DNA of 63,475 bases, the filler included, from Porpidia crustulata (lineage: Eukaryota), in NCBI GenBank assembly GCA_964255105.1. It is 5 parts of 5 records of this genome, joined end to end, with 100 filler letters (N's around TTAATTAATTAA, not from the genome) between each part and the next. Parts side by side here need not be neighbours in the genome. Positions count along the whole stretch, not along the records: positions 38,176 to 50,780 come from CAXUWE010000506.1; positions 50,881 to 63,475 come from CAXUWE010000507.1; 3 more parts are not named here. The stretch is one strand, 5' to 3'. This document shows positions 46,900-61,500 of this stretch, piece by piece; positions within the stretch are counted from its first letter, which is position 1, and every line of letters starts with the position of its first letter. The position numbers were made by a program, and so were the translations under genes. The notes under the pieces are model-generated. The model made no database searches. It saw only the letters and a list, made by a program, of their open reading frames with translations, and was not told the DNA's origin.

Positions 46900-49750
46900 T
46901 AGTTTCGTGTACTTGCGAGTTCTAGGAGCTCTTTGATCCGTGTCTCAATACCGACTGGCTCAAAATTTCAATGGCGCTACCAGGAAAGCCATCTAGGATA
47001 TCGTGCCCGAAGCTCTAAAGAAAGCCATTACCACAGCGCTCTTCGTGAAACAAATCATGAACACATCTATCCAGGCGACGACGAAGTCAGATCAAGAGAC
47101 AATCTCAAGAATCGAAAGCCAATCCAAAAAACCTATTATCAGCCTTCCCCTAAACAACCAACTCATTACTGATTCGATAAAGCCAAATCCAATTTTATCG
47201 TGATCAAGCTCAAGAGCTACGAAATTGGAAACAGGAACGCAGCTTGTAGATCAGATAATTAGGAAACGGAAGGTCGACGGTCCAAGAGAGTTTCAACGTC
47301 TCTTTCGCAGTCGCAGTATCCTTTGGCACGGACATTTTGCCAGCTGATCCACTCATATATGGAATACAAAATAAGCAGAAATCTCGACATACAGGAAGAT
47401 TCCGTTATATGTGGCGATGATTTATCCGAACTCTGGATTCTCAAAGGGCATTCTCTCCAGCTCCACTAGTATATTGTTCAGCTCTTCCAGGGACACCCAG
47501 TCACAGCTCATGCGTTTCATCCCCGTTAATTTCCTACCGCGAACATACCGTCCACGATAAAAGTATTGTCACTCCACTGATGCAGTAGCTCCCAGCAATC
47601 ACGGCTCCCCAAAGCGTGAGACCGCCGTGGCTTTTAATGATTCCACGCCTTATGTATAGAAGTAATATCAAGAGTACTTGGCGAAGTCGCTCAGCAAGTC
47701 CAAATAGATGTTTTGTAGTAATATCTGACATAGTATTTCAATCCGATCCGAAGTACTCATAGTAGTATTGGCGCTAAAAATTGCTCGAGTTCACATTCGG
47801 TCTTGTCTGTATCTGTATCTGTATCTGTATCTGTATCTTGATCCTTTATCTTAATGCGTTCCTCAAACTTGAGATTGTCAGCAGTCTCTCGATACGTCTT
47901 GGCCTGCTTCTGAGAGACTATCTCCAGGTCTGTGAATACTGCCGCTTTTTGGAGGAACCGCCCAGCCATATCATATACAAAGGTTCTAGAGACTTCGAGC
48001 GAGGAACTTTTTGCTGCCGTTCTCGGAGATTCCCTTCCTTGTTTATCAGAATGGGGAAAATCAATGGGATTATCTTGGCGGTAAATACGGTAGTATCGAA
48101 GTTAGACTTGGATTTCGACTTCTCTCGTTCCTTTTCACAGTGGATAAGTCCGAGAGCGATGTCTCCCGTACGATCATCACAAATATTACCATTGGATACG
48201 ATCTTCGAAACGTACGCCAATGATTGATATCGACGCAGAGACCATCGATACAAGCGGAGAAATTGACTCGGATCGATGCTTAGACAAGAGGGTGAATGGA
48301 CAAGTAAATAGGTATGGTTTCCAATATCGCCGACTCCGATGACCACTGTTCCAAGCTATCTATTCTCTGTACAGCTCGCCGCTGCATACTCGGAACGCTT
48401 CTGTAGCCGAGAGGCTACTGTCGATATTCCCTGAGACAGCAGGATCTGATCGATTTAATACACGCGATCATTATCTTCGATTTCTGTATTTGAGACTTGC
48501 TCGCGTTGGTCTCCGAGAGAAACCTAATCTCCAGGTTTCTTTATTTGATAAAGTCTGAAGTTGATAATATGTAGTTTCGCATTTGAATTGGTATAGATCG
48601 CTGTACGCGATTTGATCTCGTCTTGTTATCAAAGGAATTTCTTGTGGTTTGTGCTAAGTTATCGACAATGATGCGTGCTTGCATGATATATACTAACAAC
48701 ACAGTCATTTGTACTAGTGTTTCTGTAAATTAATACATAGCGCAGAGACGTTTAAGCAAGATAAATATATGATTGTAAAACGAGAAACACTAAATCATTT
48801 TAGGTGCGTTTCCTTTCAGCTTCTTCTCTTAAGCTCTTGTAGGTCGAAGGAAGTGTATGACGAATGTGGTTATCTCGTGAAATTTCGGGATGCTTACTCC
48901 ACATCTGAGTCGCGAGATATTCTATTTAAGAGAGAAACAAGGATTGTCGCGCCGACGCGCACGCTTGAAAAGTTTCCCATGCTTATCTCGCATATCAGCT
49001 GTTTCTTGATAGTCTTCTACTCGCTTTATTTGAAATCTCAGAGAAGAGAAGCTGTGGGATATCCTTAATGGCACGTACTGCTCCGGCTCGACTTCGATAT
49101 ATCTTCATCTTGGAGTGCTCGACTATTTCAGGTCACACAGGACGGTGATGCTTGGCTGTCGCGTTGTCTCAAGACATGGAAAGACCGTTGTATGCATTAA
49201 AGTATCAGCATAGACTTCATGATGTAGCTGCGTATCAACAGATTTTCTGAAGCAGAAATTTTTGAGATGCAGAAAAAAGCCCAGTTTCCATCTATCAAAT
49301 CACTCGTTGTGTCTCTCTAATATGCTCTTGACATCCAGTCGTGACAATCATAATCCCTGTCATTCTCCTTTATTTCTTAATATGATATGGTTTCCGTTAG
49401 AGACAGACGTCCAAGAAAGAAGACTTAGCTGTAACATCTGCGTTTTCAGGATAGCAATGACATCAGTATCGTCTGATATTTGCGACATGTCATCGTCTTC
49501 TCAAGGCTCTCTGCGCTCAACCTCTGCTGCATCCCATTTGATCTTTACTGTTCTTGATCTCTCTATAGCCTCCGCAACGGGCTTCATCCGCGCATCTTCG
49601 AATTCTTACCATTAATAGCCGCAAGTCTGACTGCCTTAACTCTGTTCTCGCGCTTTGTCATTGTATACGTTCTCTTCAGCGGAGCTGATTCTTGAATCGC
49701 AACTAATGCAGCTGTCCAGACTACTCCAGCTGCCATAATTTTCATTCAAT
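46900..49750 (-). pseudogene. Decayed coding or TE relic(s) of unknown family, containing (GTATCT)5 at about 47809-47838
   Basis: Short protein-like segments in shifting frames (47918-48346, 47757-47969, 47534-47731) with many TAG/TGA stops. Confidence 0.3.
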
Positions 49751-50780
49751 TCTGTCCTTCTGGTATTCTCGCCCGTCTATATCAGCAAACCTTTATGTTG
49801 GATCTTGTAATTTCGCATCTTACTGACTCTATAATCTTCTTAAAATAATTCATCTATTCTGTTGGAAAGTGCGGTAGGACGAAGGCCTAAACTCCTCATT
49901 ATCTAGTCGGTGTGAATGGATGGATTGGATCTAGTGATAGGGCTTTGCCCTACCCCTGTCTTATGTGACCACCTGGCCACTCAACCTTCTAGTTCTGTAC
50001 GTAATTCAGTAGCAATACTACGACAGTCACCCTGCCTGTTCAACATATTCCTCTCTTCCAAATGCAGCATTTGTGTCGTCACATATAAGTTGTATTCAGT
50101 GTTGCTCTAATCGGTCTGTTTCTTTGAACCTTGTGATCCTTGCTTCTCTTGTTTACTTTTCCCCAATAATAGATCTGTCATAGAGATTCTCCAGCCCAAG
50201 ACCTCCTTCGCTTCCCTTGCGTTTTCTTGTTTCTTTCTGACTTTATCACACTTCTCCCAACCTGCGAGGGATATTGCTAGTGCTTCTCTTTTTTCTCTGT
50301 CCAGTCGGCTTGTCCTTTCTTTTGCTTTTTTTTCTACAGTTTCTGCTTTCAGCTATCAGGTCGTATAGAGTCCTCATTATCGTCTCTTTAATTGCTCCTA
50401 AAATTAAATTCTATTGCGCTGTACGACTGTAGAATTATGTTATTTTAATTGAAAGGATGTTGGTAAATGAGTCTTTTTCCCACTAGAATTCGCATTTCGC
50501 TGTTATTACTAAAGTCCCAAGACTGCCGTCTCCAATTAAGTGACTAATTGTAAATAAGAAGTACTAGTTTCAGCAAGATAAGTCTCGCCGCTGACTTGAG
50601 AGAACCTAGCTGCAGCTGACTGGGATCCACTGCATTGATTGTGTAGTATCCGACGGAGAGAATATCCTATGCTCCTCATCTTCTGAACATCACTTATTAT
50701 TCAAGACTTCCGCTGCATCTTTATATTGCTACGACCACCCCCAGGGGTATTGGTTTACCCGGGTGAGGAAGCTAGGTGGG

Positions 50781-50880
50781 NNNNNNNNNNNNNNNNNNNN
50801 NNNNNNNNNNNNNNNNNNNNNNNNTTAATTAATTAANNNNNNNNNNNNNNNNNNNNNNNNNNNNNNNNNNNNNNNNNNNN
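50781..50880. other. Artificial contig spacer
   Basis: N run with TTAATTAATTAA. Confidence 0.98.
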
Positions 50881-51960
50881 CAAAAGCCCCATCTCCACCC
50901 CCATCCCTCGAAAATCAATCCCATATCATACCCCTCCTCACATGTTGTTAAAATCTCCGGAAAATTCCTCGTCCTCTTGAGAATCTTCCGGCGCGAGAAC
51001 ATTGTTTTTGAATATATATTCATAGATTCGGGTAATGTTTTTTTCATAAGGACGGAGATAGCTGCGGAGTAAGAGAAGAAGAGGGAAAAGGAATGCGCCG
51101 GGGGGGGCTTTAATGCACGAAGGTGTTGAGTTTCGAAACTTTGGCGATGGGATAACGATCGTTTTAAAGCAGGCGAGGGGAGTTTTCCATTGATGACATA
51201 CATTTACGAGATACTTTGTAACGCGTTTTATGATCTAACCATCCGTCCAACATCAACGGACCAGGAGATTTGAGACCCATTGCCGAGAGGAACTGTGGAA
51301 GTGCCGATGGCTGGAGTTGGCGGTGATGGTTGCGAGACTATTATTGGCACGGGAACAGGTCGATTGTCAAAGCAACGACGGCCGTAGGAGCCGAAGCAGC
51401 GGCCGTAGACTGCAGGCTAAGTTTTACTTGTGTTGGAGAAATTGTAGCCTGAGGTCAGCTCACGGCTGGCGCTGGACTGTTGGTGAGAGAAGGACCTGCC
51501 TTTGTCGTAGCCGAGGCTTGGGACGAGGTGGACGCTTGGGTTTGCCGGCCGACACTCGGTGGGGCCTGCGCAGGAATGCTAGATGCGATCTTTGGAGAAT
51601 TGGTCGGTTGAGTCTGTGGTGAAGATGTTGGTTGGACCGGCGTTGAAGGACTTGGCTGACACTGGGTTGGAGGATTCTGACTGGGGTGAGATATATGGAG
51701 GTTTTCCTGATGATGAATCGGATTATCCATTTAAACAAGAGCTTGCTGGAGCCTGAGCTTGGGTTGTGAATTGCAGCTGAGCCTGACTTGGAGGCTTTTC
51801 TTGAGCGTGCGGAGGGGAGGTTGGTCGAACTTGATGCAAAGGATTTCGCTGAGCTTGAAATAGGGGGTTCGGTAAACCTTGGGTCGTAGGGCCTTAGTGA
51901 GCTTGAGGTGGGGGATTTCAGTCCGGGCTCAGAGGCTTGTGGGTAAAGTGTTGAGAGCAA
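50881..51960 (-). pseudogene. Ser/Pro/Gln-rich gene relic of unknown function
   Basis: Overlapping low-complexity frames (51455-51730, 51460-51960) and a downstream segment running off the contig end. Confidence 0.25.
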
Positions 51961-54374
51961 TCTGAATGTCGCCAGATATTGCCCTGGCTCGTGTTATGTC
52001 GTCGAATGTGTATTACGACCCATACATCAATCGCTATCCCGTACTGGGGTCGAGAGACAAATACTGATAAAGCGTGGTCCCCAAATATGTTTCCCTCGCC
52101 ACAGTTTATGTGACTATGGTATCCCCTAATAGATCAGGTATAGTAGGAGTTTTGTATGAAATCATATAGGAAATTGTAGAAAATTTCCAACGATCGTCAT
52201 TAAATACAAGCAGAGCAGCGATGTGTGTATCGATAGCTCGCCACGTCATCAGGTTTGTAGCGTTTTGCTATAGCCGTTCATCGCAAGAAAACTCAAAATC
52301 TGATGGCAATGGTGTGAAAATCGATCTCCCGGCGCCCAAGATAATTCCAGTCATGGTCGCCATACCCGGAGAGCCCGCTAGAACTGACCAATTGATTTTT
52401 TTAGGTGTGAAGCGCTGATACTAAATGTTTTCTTCAGTGAAGGCGAGGGTACAGAGCACCGTGCATATAAAACATGATAATCGATGGTATATACCCCATA
52501 GAGAGAAACATGAGCCGCTCACGTCAAGACCGGGCAGTTCCGTCCATCTAAACAGACAAAAAAAAATCATCGGTATAGTATGACAAGAATAGATGGAAAA
52601 GGTGCGCTTAACGCACCTGCGATCGCAGGCTGGTTTGGTTTATCAAATTCCGAATGACTGAGCTGACCTCTGAAGCCAACCTTTGCATGCCGAACGGGCC
52701 TGATGAAAGCCGTCATGGTGACCTGATGTAGTGACGATAATCAACTGATTTCGATGCTCAATGTTAATTGCGGCTGAATTGGAATATTTGACGTGTAGTT
52801 GTTAAACCACTTCAAAGAATCGCACTGCTCGCAACAAGCGGAAATGTGACAGGCAGTGTAGGCGTGGAATTGTTTGCTCGATACAATGATTGTAGTTCGA
52901 GAACTATTCATTCCACAATCAAGAGTAAAGTAACGAAGAGAATGCTAGACCCAGGTCTGCACCGAAAATTGAGTTGTTTAGCATTGATTTGGGAAACACA
53001 ATGGCCCATCAAGATTGGGATTGGTCTGCCTTAAGTGTTGCAGCTTTTTGCTACCTGACGTGATTCCACGGTGACAATAACCACCTCGCTGATGGGGGCT
53101 AATGGGGTACTCCGATATGATGAAATTGGGAATGCCGGTGCACCTCGAGCAAGTTTGCCAATATTCGTGAAGGGTGTGCTGCTGAGAGATGCAGAACAGT
53201 CTCGAGAGAGTCTTATCAAATGTGAATAAGAAGATAGCAATACTTTGCCCATTGAGTGAGATATAGTTGAAGAAATCTTGGTTAACAGACTCAACCTTTT
53301 AATGTTGTCGATGTACCTATTTTCAGTATGGTATATTGACGACCGAGGAAACACGTCTTCTGCAAAAGTTTCATGTAGCAATAGAAAAATTGGAAGACAA
53401 GATACTGCTATCTAGAGCCGACACCGACACGAATATCACTCTGAAGAACCATGTCATACTTTGGCGTGGGCGTTGCTAGCATTATCACGCATGTACAAGA
53501 TATGTGGATGAGAGACACAGAGAGAAGGATGTGTGTAGGTAGGCACGAATGGCACGTCTGTAGAGCACCAACGGAACATAAACCATCCAGGTTGAAAACT
53601 TGGAACGTCTGTCTTCCATTTAACGTGGTGACCCTTCCTTGCAGGCGAAGTCTCAATACCAAACTGATCTTCAATAGAGTAGGCTCTCTGCAAGCAAACT
53701 TGCTGTCGCTGAGCCACGCTACTCGCAGGCGACTATCTCCGTACTCGTGATGGTAGTGTCGTGACCTCGGTACGTAAAGGAGAGGGGTAGGGGACGATCG
53801 GAATGGGAATAAAGTTTGGACTTCAATCAAATGTCAAAAACTTTTTTTCCTTCCAAGATAGCTGTGAGGAGCAGGAGCTATGGTCCTCTGACCTGTTTAT
53901 CGTTCCAGAAGAAGGTCAACAACCTAAATTGACGTGATGCAGCAAAGCGATACACGATACGGCATTTAAAACACAGGGAGCAACCTATCAATTAGAAACT
54001 CGATGACACATGTGCCGAAGCGGGGATACCGGGGTCAGCATTGACTATGGAGCAGCCTGATTGAGAGCCCAACTTCCTCTTGGAGCCTTTTGGAGATTCG
54101 TACATCTAGACCTTTGTGCGGCGGACAAGTGTGACGACGAAAGTATGGTCGATTCCATCACACAAATCATCATGATCAATGCGAATCATTGGTGTGGTGT
54201 TGTTTACTATATACGACATGTGGTTGAACTCAAAGCCTCACTTCGATATTCGATGACGTTTTGGGACTGCTCTTTGATTTGCCGCCTGGACATCATGGAT
54301 GTTTAGTGTGGAGTTGTGACAGGGGCGCAGAGTGATGGCATTTTTGCGAGTTTCAAGAGCTGGAAAGAATTGTG

Positions 54375-56397
54375 ATTGGCTGTCACGTCAGCCTGTCCAT
54401 TATTAAACAATACATAATATTAAAATCAAATTTAATAACAATGTTTCTCTTCACAAGTCACTCTATTGAATGTTAATGTTGAAATACATCAAGAATTGCC
54501 CTGGGATCGATTACTCTATGTGCCGTTTATAACGAATTTCAAAATTTAATCTGCGGACATATCCTGCCCTTTTTTTTCCGAGTCTTGATCCTATCGACGC
54601 GTCACACCGCTCTTACAAATCATCAACAAGCGGTAAAGGTGCGGTAACAATACCCTATTGTTACCCCCCTCACCATTGGCCAATCAAAAAATTCGTCTGC
54701 TTTTCATTTCCTCATTTTATCCCAAATTTCTTTTGCAATTTGCCATTCGTCCACCTCATCCAACTTGGCGCTACTCAAGACTATTAGTTGACAACCGCCC
54801 CCCCGTGCTCGCTCCCTCTTGCACCAATCATCACCGTCTCCAAAATAGTTGCGGAAGATCGACTGCACATATTACCGAGCCCCAATCATTGCGCTGTGAG
54901 CGACGACCGGACGACACCTCTACAGATCACCTGACTGCTTGTTGATCCAGCAAACCTTCTTTACCCGCGGGTGAAGGGCGTCCAACGAGCTCGCGGGTTA
55001 GTAGTGCTCCAGAGCTCGACAGTGTGTGAGTGTGTCGTCAGTCTTCGCAATTGTGGGCTCGCTGAAAGGCCGTCACAGACGCGACTCCCATCAATCAGAC
55101 ATTCTAATCATACATCGCGTAGATAAAATCCTCATCCCACGGCGTACTGTAGACCTCTCGTATTGGCGCATACTCTCGGTCGCATACCGTCCAATCCCTC
55201 GACGTCTTACCCGACAACTTCAAGCGCTGCCACTTCTGATAAACCCCACTAACGCGCCCTCGTCCGTCTGTATACATCTAACCATACTACGGTGCTCTTA
55301 CGGTGCGATACAATTGTCTCCTTATCACTTCGTCCATATTCCACAAGTACAATCCAACGTTACTCGACCAGGTATAGTCTCCCTTTTGCATACGACGGCG
55401 CTATAAGGCGCATTGCCAGCGCATCACCGCCAATCACCTCATGTCTCCACACAGCATAACTCCAAATGCTTCCAATCGCTGCGTCAATGCATATTTGTGT
55501 GCTATGCTAATGGACGCTTCCCTTTGCAGAGCCGGCAACTTTTCAGTCGAGTCCGGCAACATTTAGCACAACGAAACGGCGCTTTAGAGGTGAGGTGGCT
55601 TTAGACCTCTTCTACCGGTGGCTCACACCACAATTGGCAAGCACAGCCTCGTATCAGCCATTGAGCTGACCTTGTTGTGTCGCGCCACGCCGGAGACTCG
55701 AAAGCTTTCAAAGGATAGGATTACAATTGCTGAAGCTGTGAGGGCCGGCTGGGGTTACCCTGAACAGGACAAAACCGCTGTCAGAAAGGCTTCAACAATA
55801 TCATATTTCTGAGGCGAGCAATCCGAGCTTGGTCTCTCCAAGTCACGCCTCGAATCATCCCCGCGGCCGCCGGGTTTGAGCCTCGTGCTGGAAGGGCTAG
55901 CTTATTTGATTCAGACAGCGCATCCTACCTGCATTGCAACCCAACCAACACTCAGCAGATCTGGCATTATAATCAACTTTCGGCAGACCGAGGTCGACTG
56001 AAGACATTCGACACCGTCCAAGGTATTTGACGGTATTGCGATTGTTGGTTAACGAGAACTCCTGGTAAATACACCCTCGGTGCTTTTCTCCAATGACATG
56101 CCCAGGGCTCACGATGGGGTAGGGCTGCAGCGTGCGTTAATTGCTTCTCTAATCGGCAAGCCCCGCAGAGGAAGATCCTCACGCCACTGAAAAAGCTTTC
56201 TCCCAATCAACATTACACATTTGCCAGTTCATATAACAGGACTTCCCCAAGTCTGATTGGCCCTGACTAATCTCTGACGCGCGAGTCTCACAGCCTATCC
56301 GGATCTTCCATCACATATAACTATTGTAAGGAAAGGCCACTACGGAAGGTAGCGCATTCGGATCACCAGTGTTTGTCGTTGCTCAGCGTCCTCACTC
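54375..56397 (+). promoter_or_regulatory. hapB promoter and long 5' leader with clustered CCAAT boxes and two putative UTR introns (55372-55529, 55590-56293)
   Basis: About 13 CCAAT/ATTGG sites, including palindromic ATTGGCCAAT at 54675-54684. Donors GTATAG and GTGAGG, branch sites GCTAAT and ACTAAT, CAG acceptors. Confidence 0.5.
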
Positions 56398-57492
56398 ATG
56401 ATGGACTACGCGCAATACCAAGCTCCCTCGCATGGGCAGCATCCTCACGCGCCGCATTTGCAAGGAGGTTATCCGACCACACAGCAGAACTCGAATACCG
56501 GAGGACCATCTATGGCTTCTCCTCCAAACCAGGCGCCACCGATGCACCACCACTCAAATCACCAACCCTCACCTATACTTCCCACTCAAAGCCATCCATA
56601 TCAGCCGCAACCTCCAGGCCAACCGAACCACTACCAGCAACCATATAACGTTCCTTCGAACCACATGCACTATGCACAGGCAGCAGCCATGGCCACTGCA
56701 GCTGCGTCTGGTCAGTCATTTGGGTATATGCCACCGACATCCATGCCAGACGGCATTGCTCGGGGCTCCCCGCGCATGGCGGGCGTTGCAGTGAAGAACG
56801 AGCGTACGCCAAGATCGCCTCAACAAGTGGCTAATCCGATGCCTCCTCTACCCCCACAAGTCCAATTAAATTCAAATCAGAGGATGTCTCACAACCATAT
56901 TGGTCATAATGTCAGCAGTCCTCACATACAGAGCGCACAAACCGTTATGATGAATCACCCTCCACCACGAAACTCAGTTCCACCTCAGATGCCTCCTCCG
57001 CAACAGCATCAGCCTTCACCCGAACCCGCGGCCACGGGTGCTGAAGAGGCACCGTTGTATGTCAACGCAAAGCAGTTTCATCGCATACTGAAGAGACGAG
57101 TCGCCCGGCAAAGACTCGAGGAAGCACTACGCCTTACGTCGAAAGGCCGCAAACCTTATTTGCATGAATCGAGGCACAAACATGCGATGCGCAGACCTCG
57201 AGGGCCGGGCGGTAGATTCTTGACAGCCGACGAGGTTGCCGCGATAGAGTCTGGCAAGGGCGAGGACCTTGGGGAGGACTTGGTGGATAGTAAAGAAGAT
57301 ATAGATACATCCACCAAAGGAAGTATATCTGGATCTCGAGGCGCTGGTTCGAAAAGAAAGTCTGGAGCCCTCGGGGGTGACGGTCCGATACCTAGTAGCA
57401 AGAAAGTCAAGACTGAAGCAACACGAACGAGCACTAGCGCAGATGAGAGCGAGGAGGCCGAAGAGGAGGACGAGGTCGATGATGATGCATAG
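56398..57492 (+). CDS. hapB: CCAAT-binding complex subunit HapB / Hap2 / NF-YA, 364 aa
   Basis: PLYVNAKQFHRILKRRVARQRLE...RKPYLHESRHKHAMRRPRGPGGRFLT NF-YA core, with a Gln/Pro-rich N-terminus. Confidence 0.97.
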   Translation: MMDYAQYQAPSHGQHPHAPHLQGGYPTTQQNSNTGGPSMASPPNQAPPMHHHSNHQPSPILPTQSHPYQPQPPGQPNHYQQPYNVPSNHMHYAQAAAMATAAASGQSFGYMPPTSMPDGIARGSPRMAGVAVKNERTPRSPQQVANPMPPLPPQVQLNSNQRMSHNHIGHNVSSPHIQSAQTVMMNHPPPRNSVPPQMPPPQQHQPSPEPAATGAEEAPLYVNAKQFHRILKRRVARQRLEEALRLTSKGRKPYLHESRHKHAMRRPRGPGGRFLTADEVAAIESGKGEDLGEDLVDSKEDIDTSTKGSISGSRGAGSKRKSGALGGDGPIPSSKKVKTEATRTSTSADESEEAEEEDEVDDDA

Positions 57493-58503
57493 TTGCTCGT
57501 CCACAATCGTTCAGATCGGTTGCGCCTCGTGTGCCGGAAAGTCCACTGGCTTACGCTGAACCACTATTGGGACGTCACTCTACGAATTACGCAGCGATCC
57601 TTTCACTCAGTCTTAGGAGCATGTGTGCCCAACCACTCACCTAATGACTTCGCCAGAACCACTTTTCTTAGTCAGATTATAGTCGCACCCGTCTCGCAGA
57701 TACCCTACTTATCGTGTACAGCCGAGTCATCCTTCTTTTCCGGAACGGGGGAGCTTTATTGGTAACTAGATGGAATCCTTCACTGGAACAAAAGGATATG
57801 GATATATGGGGGGATTTGGACGTTACGGCTATGATGTTCAACGATTCTCTTTTCGTCCTGGAAGTGTACCTACTACCCAGCGCTTTGGTTCGCTGGCAGT
57901 TTGTATGATAATCGGTATAAGACTGAATCTTGGAGGATTGCGCATCAGAAATTCTGCACGCGCGAATTTCATTCATCATGATTGATATTGAGCGTATTCA
58001 GACCGAGAACCATTTGTACCCAATCTAAGAAAGTCACAAAGCTTGTGAACGGTTTCGAGAGGCTCTGCCAACCAGTCTGAACGTAGTGGAAGGCTCCAGC
58101 TAACGAGACTCGCGACTTGAGAGACAGCGTTACCTAATAACGAATGAAAAGCAAGTCGAGAAATGTCATTTACTCAGACGTTATAGTCATGGAACCAAGT
58201 TCAATGAAGCCCTTGTTAATGATTCATACCTTATACTTGGTGAGAGAAATGTCCTTATAGGAGGTACAGACAACTCCTTCTACCATGTCACCGTAGCACG
58301 CGTGGGTCCCGAATAGATAATTTGATAGAGGGTGACAGGCACGTGACAGGGTAACAGGGTGACAGGATGCTCGGGCTTGGCGGAGCTTTGCCACATTTGG
58401 CGACAAGCCACCGTATCCCATCCGTATGCTTGACTTCAGCTTCTCAGCTTCCACCTCTGTCCTTAGTGTATGGAGCAAGTGAGAAGAGGATTGGATCGCC
58501 ATA

Positions 58504-61500
58504 ATGTGGTCAACGAAACCTTCTTCGGCGCTGATACTATTTGCAGTTCTAACACTGCAGGTATTATCTTCGTTTGCCAAGGAAGATGGACCGGATATTA
58601 AAAAAAGCAGACTCGAGAACCCTCCAGCGAATCTTTTCTATTTTGAGGATACGGATACCATCCTAATACACGATCTTGACGCTCGTAGTGTCCTTCGATC
58701 GGATGACGCTGGTGTGACTTGGGAACCAGTCAAGGGCATTGAACACAATCAAGCTTATGACCTCTGGCCACATCCATACGACAAAAAAGTAGCATATGTT
58801 CTGGGCTTTGGAAATACCCACTGGATCACAAAAGATCAGGGAGCATCTTGGACAAGCTTTACGACAGAGCAACAACCTTCGCGCTACAGACCGCCTTTCA
58901 GCTTTCACGCAGGTGACAGCGAGAAGGTCATATTGCATCAAGCAGCCTGCGATGACATTTTCAGAAGTTGTGAGGAGTCGACATCATACACGACGGATGG
59001 CTTCAAGCACGTCAAGACTTTGCGAGAAGAGACCAGGGGATGTGTCTTTGCTCATTCCACGCCACTTTTTCAAACCAGTGACGACGACAAGGATGATAAC
59101 CGGATCGTCTGTGTCGCCAGGGGTCGGTACTCGCCTTTACCTGTCGATAACCGCCTCGTGGTCTCCGACAACTTTTTCAAGGACGAGAGAGAGCCGTACC
59201 TGGAAGACGACCGTACTGTACAGGGGATCATCAATGTTGCTGTTGTCAAAGGCTTCCTCGTTGCAGCTGCAAAATCAGCCAAGACGGACGAATTAGCCTT
59301 GTACGTAACCCGAGACGCCGAACAATGGCACCGCGCGGTCTTCCCGAGCGATCATAGACTGGAGCAAGATGCATACACTGTGTTGGAGTCTACGAATTAC
59401 AGCATTCAAGTTGATGTGATGACTACACCGCCAATAAATCCGATGGGAGTACTTTTCACAAGCAATTCCAATGGGACCTACTTCACCCGAAACGAGGCGC
59501 ACACCAATCGAGACCATCGAGGCATAGTCGATTTCGAGAAAGTCCAGGGTATCCAAGGGATTGTTCTCGTGAACATTGTTGATAACTGGGAGGAGGTGGA
59601 AAAAACGAGAATTGCAGCGAAGAAAGTGCGCAGTACAATCAGTTTTGACGATGGGCGAACCTTTCAAGATCTCAAGTATGAAGGGAATGATTTACACCTT
59701 CATTCTACAACCCAGATGTCAAATGTAGGCAAGATATTCTCTAGCCCCGCTCCTGGACTTATCATGGGCATCGGTAATACTGGCAAATTTCTCAAAGATT
59801 ACGAAGATGGTGACCTGTACGTGTCCGATGATGCAGGTTTGACATGGAGGAAAGGTCTAAATGAGGCTCACAAGTATGAATTTGGTGATCAGGGTTCGGT
59901 TCTGGTCGCCGTTTTTGACGAGGGGCCGACGGAGGAATTATCTTACTCGACCAATCACGGAAAGGATTGGGAGAAAGCGAAGCTTCCGGCCAAAATCCGT
60001 GCCAAGATACTGACGACTACACCAGACTCGACCAGCCTGAAGTTTTTGTTGGTGGGTACCGAGGGTCGAGGCGATAACGCTGAGAATATCGTACTTGCTA
60101 TCGACTTCAGTAGTCTTCGTAAGAGGAAATGCAAAGATGACGACTTTGAGCTTTGGAACGCACGAAAGGATGAAAACGGTCAATCAAGCTGCATTATGGG
60201 TCGCGAGCAGAAGTATCGAAGACGCAAGGCCGACGCCGATTGTTTCATTTACGAGGAATTCAAAGACCCCGTGCCACAATTTGACTCATGTCCCTGTACG
60301 AAAGAAGATTTTGAGTGCGACTACAATTTCGTTCGAACCGAAGATGGCAAATATTGTCAGCCAGCTGGAAGGATGTCGGTTCCTGAGGACGCTTGCAAAA
60401 ACGACGACGAAACTTATAAAGGTAGCTCTGGCTTTCGGCTCATTGCCGGGAACGGATGTACCCGTAAAGGAGGCGACGAGCTTGATGAGGAGATGCCTCG
60501 TGATTGCAAAGAGACGGCCAAGCCCCCTCCTGCAAGCGGCGAAATCAGTCATGAGGCAACTTCGTTCCACGCTAGTTCTTTTAAGGAGTATTACTATCTC
60601 GAAAGAGTCGGGTCCAGCAGAGGTGAGGACGAGACGGTAGTCATGCTCACTGACAATAGCGATGTCTTTATCACGAAAGATCATGGCAAGGTTTGGGAAC
60701 AGATCCTCAAGGATGAGCCTATCACAGCTATCTATCCTCACCAGTACTTGAATGACGTTGTCTATTTCCTGACTCGGGGCAAGAAGGTATTCAGCTCGAT
60801 TAACAGAGGCGATACTATATCATCTTTCCAGGCCCCTGATGATCCGACTGGATCTCGCTTGCCAGTCCTCGCTTTCCACCCAAGTAGAAAAACTTATATT
60901 ATCTGGACGGGCGCAAGAAATTGCGGGTTTGGGAAAGGCGAATGCCACAACGTTGCTTCTTATAGTAGTGATGGAGGTGATCATTGGAAGACGTTGAGTC
61001 GTTATGTCAACAAGTGCGAGTTCATCAAGGAAGAAGGCCGAGGGCAAAGTGAAGATTTGGTATACTGTGAAGTTTACGAAGACGAGAAGATCAAGAACCC
61101 CCTTCAACTGCGATCGAGCGAGAATTGGTTTGCCGATTCGGAGAAACATTTCGATGACATTGTTGCGTTTGCTACCATGTCGGAATTCATTGTGGTCGCA
61201 GCAAAGGAGGCCGACCGTGATTCTCTCAAGGTCGATGCGAGCATAGACGGGAAGACTTTTGCTGATGCTAGGTTTCCCCCAAAATTCGATGTACCTTCGA
61301 AACAGGCCTTTACCGTCCTCGATAGCTCTACCCATGCGGTCTTTATGCATGTGACAGTCCACGATGTTCCAGGTTCCGAGTATGGGACAATTGTTAAAAG
61401 CAATAGTAACGGCACGTCCTATGTCTTGAGCCTGAACGGAGTGAATCGGAATGCGGATGGCTACGTTGACTTTGAAAAGATGTTGGTGCTCGAAGGTGTT

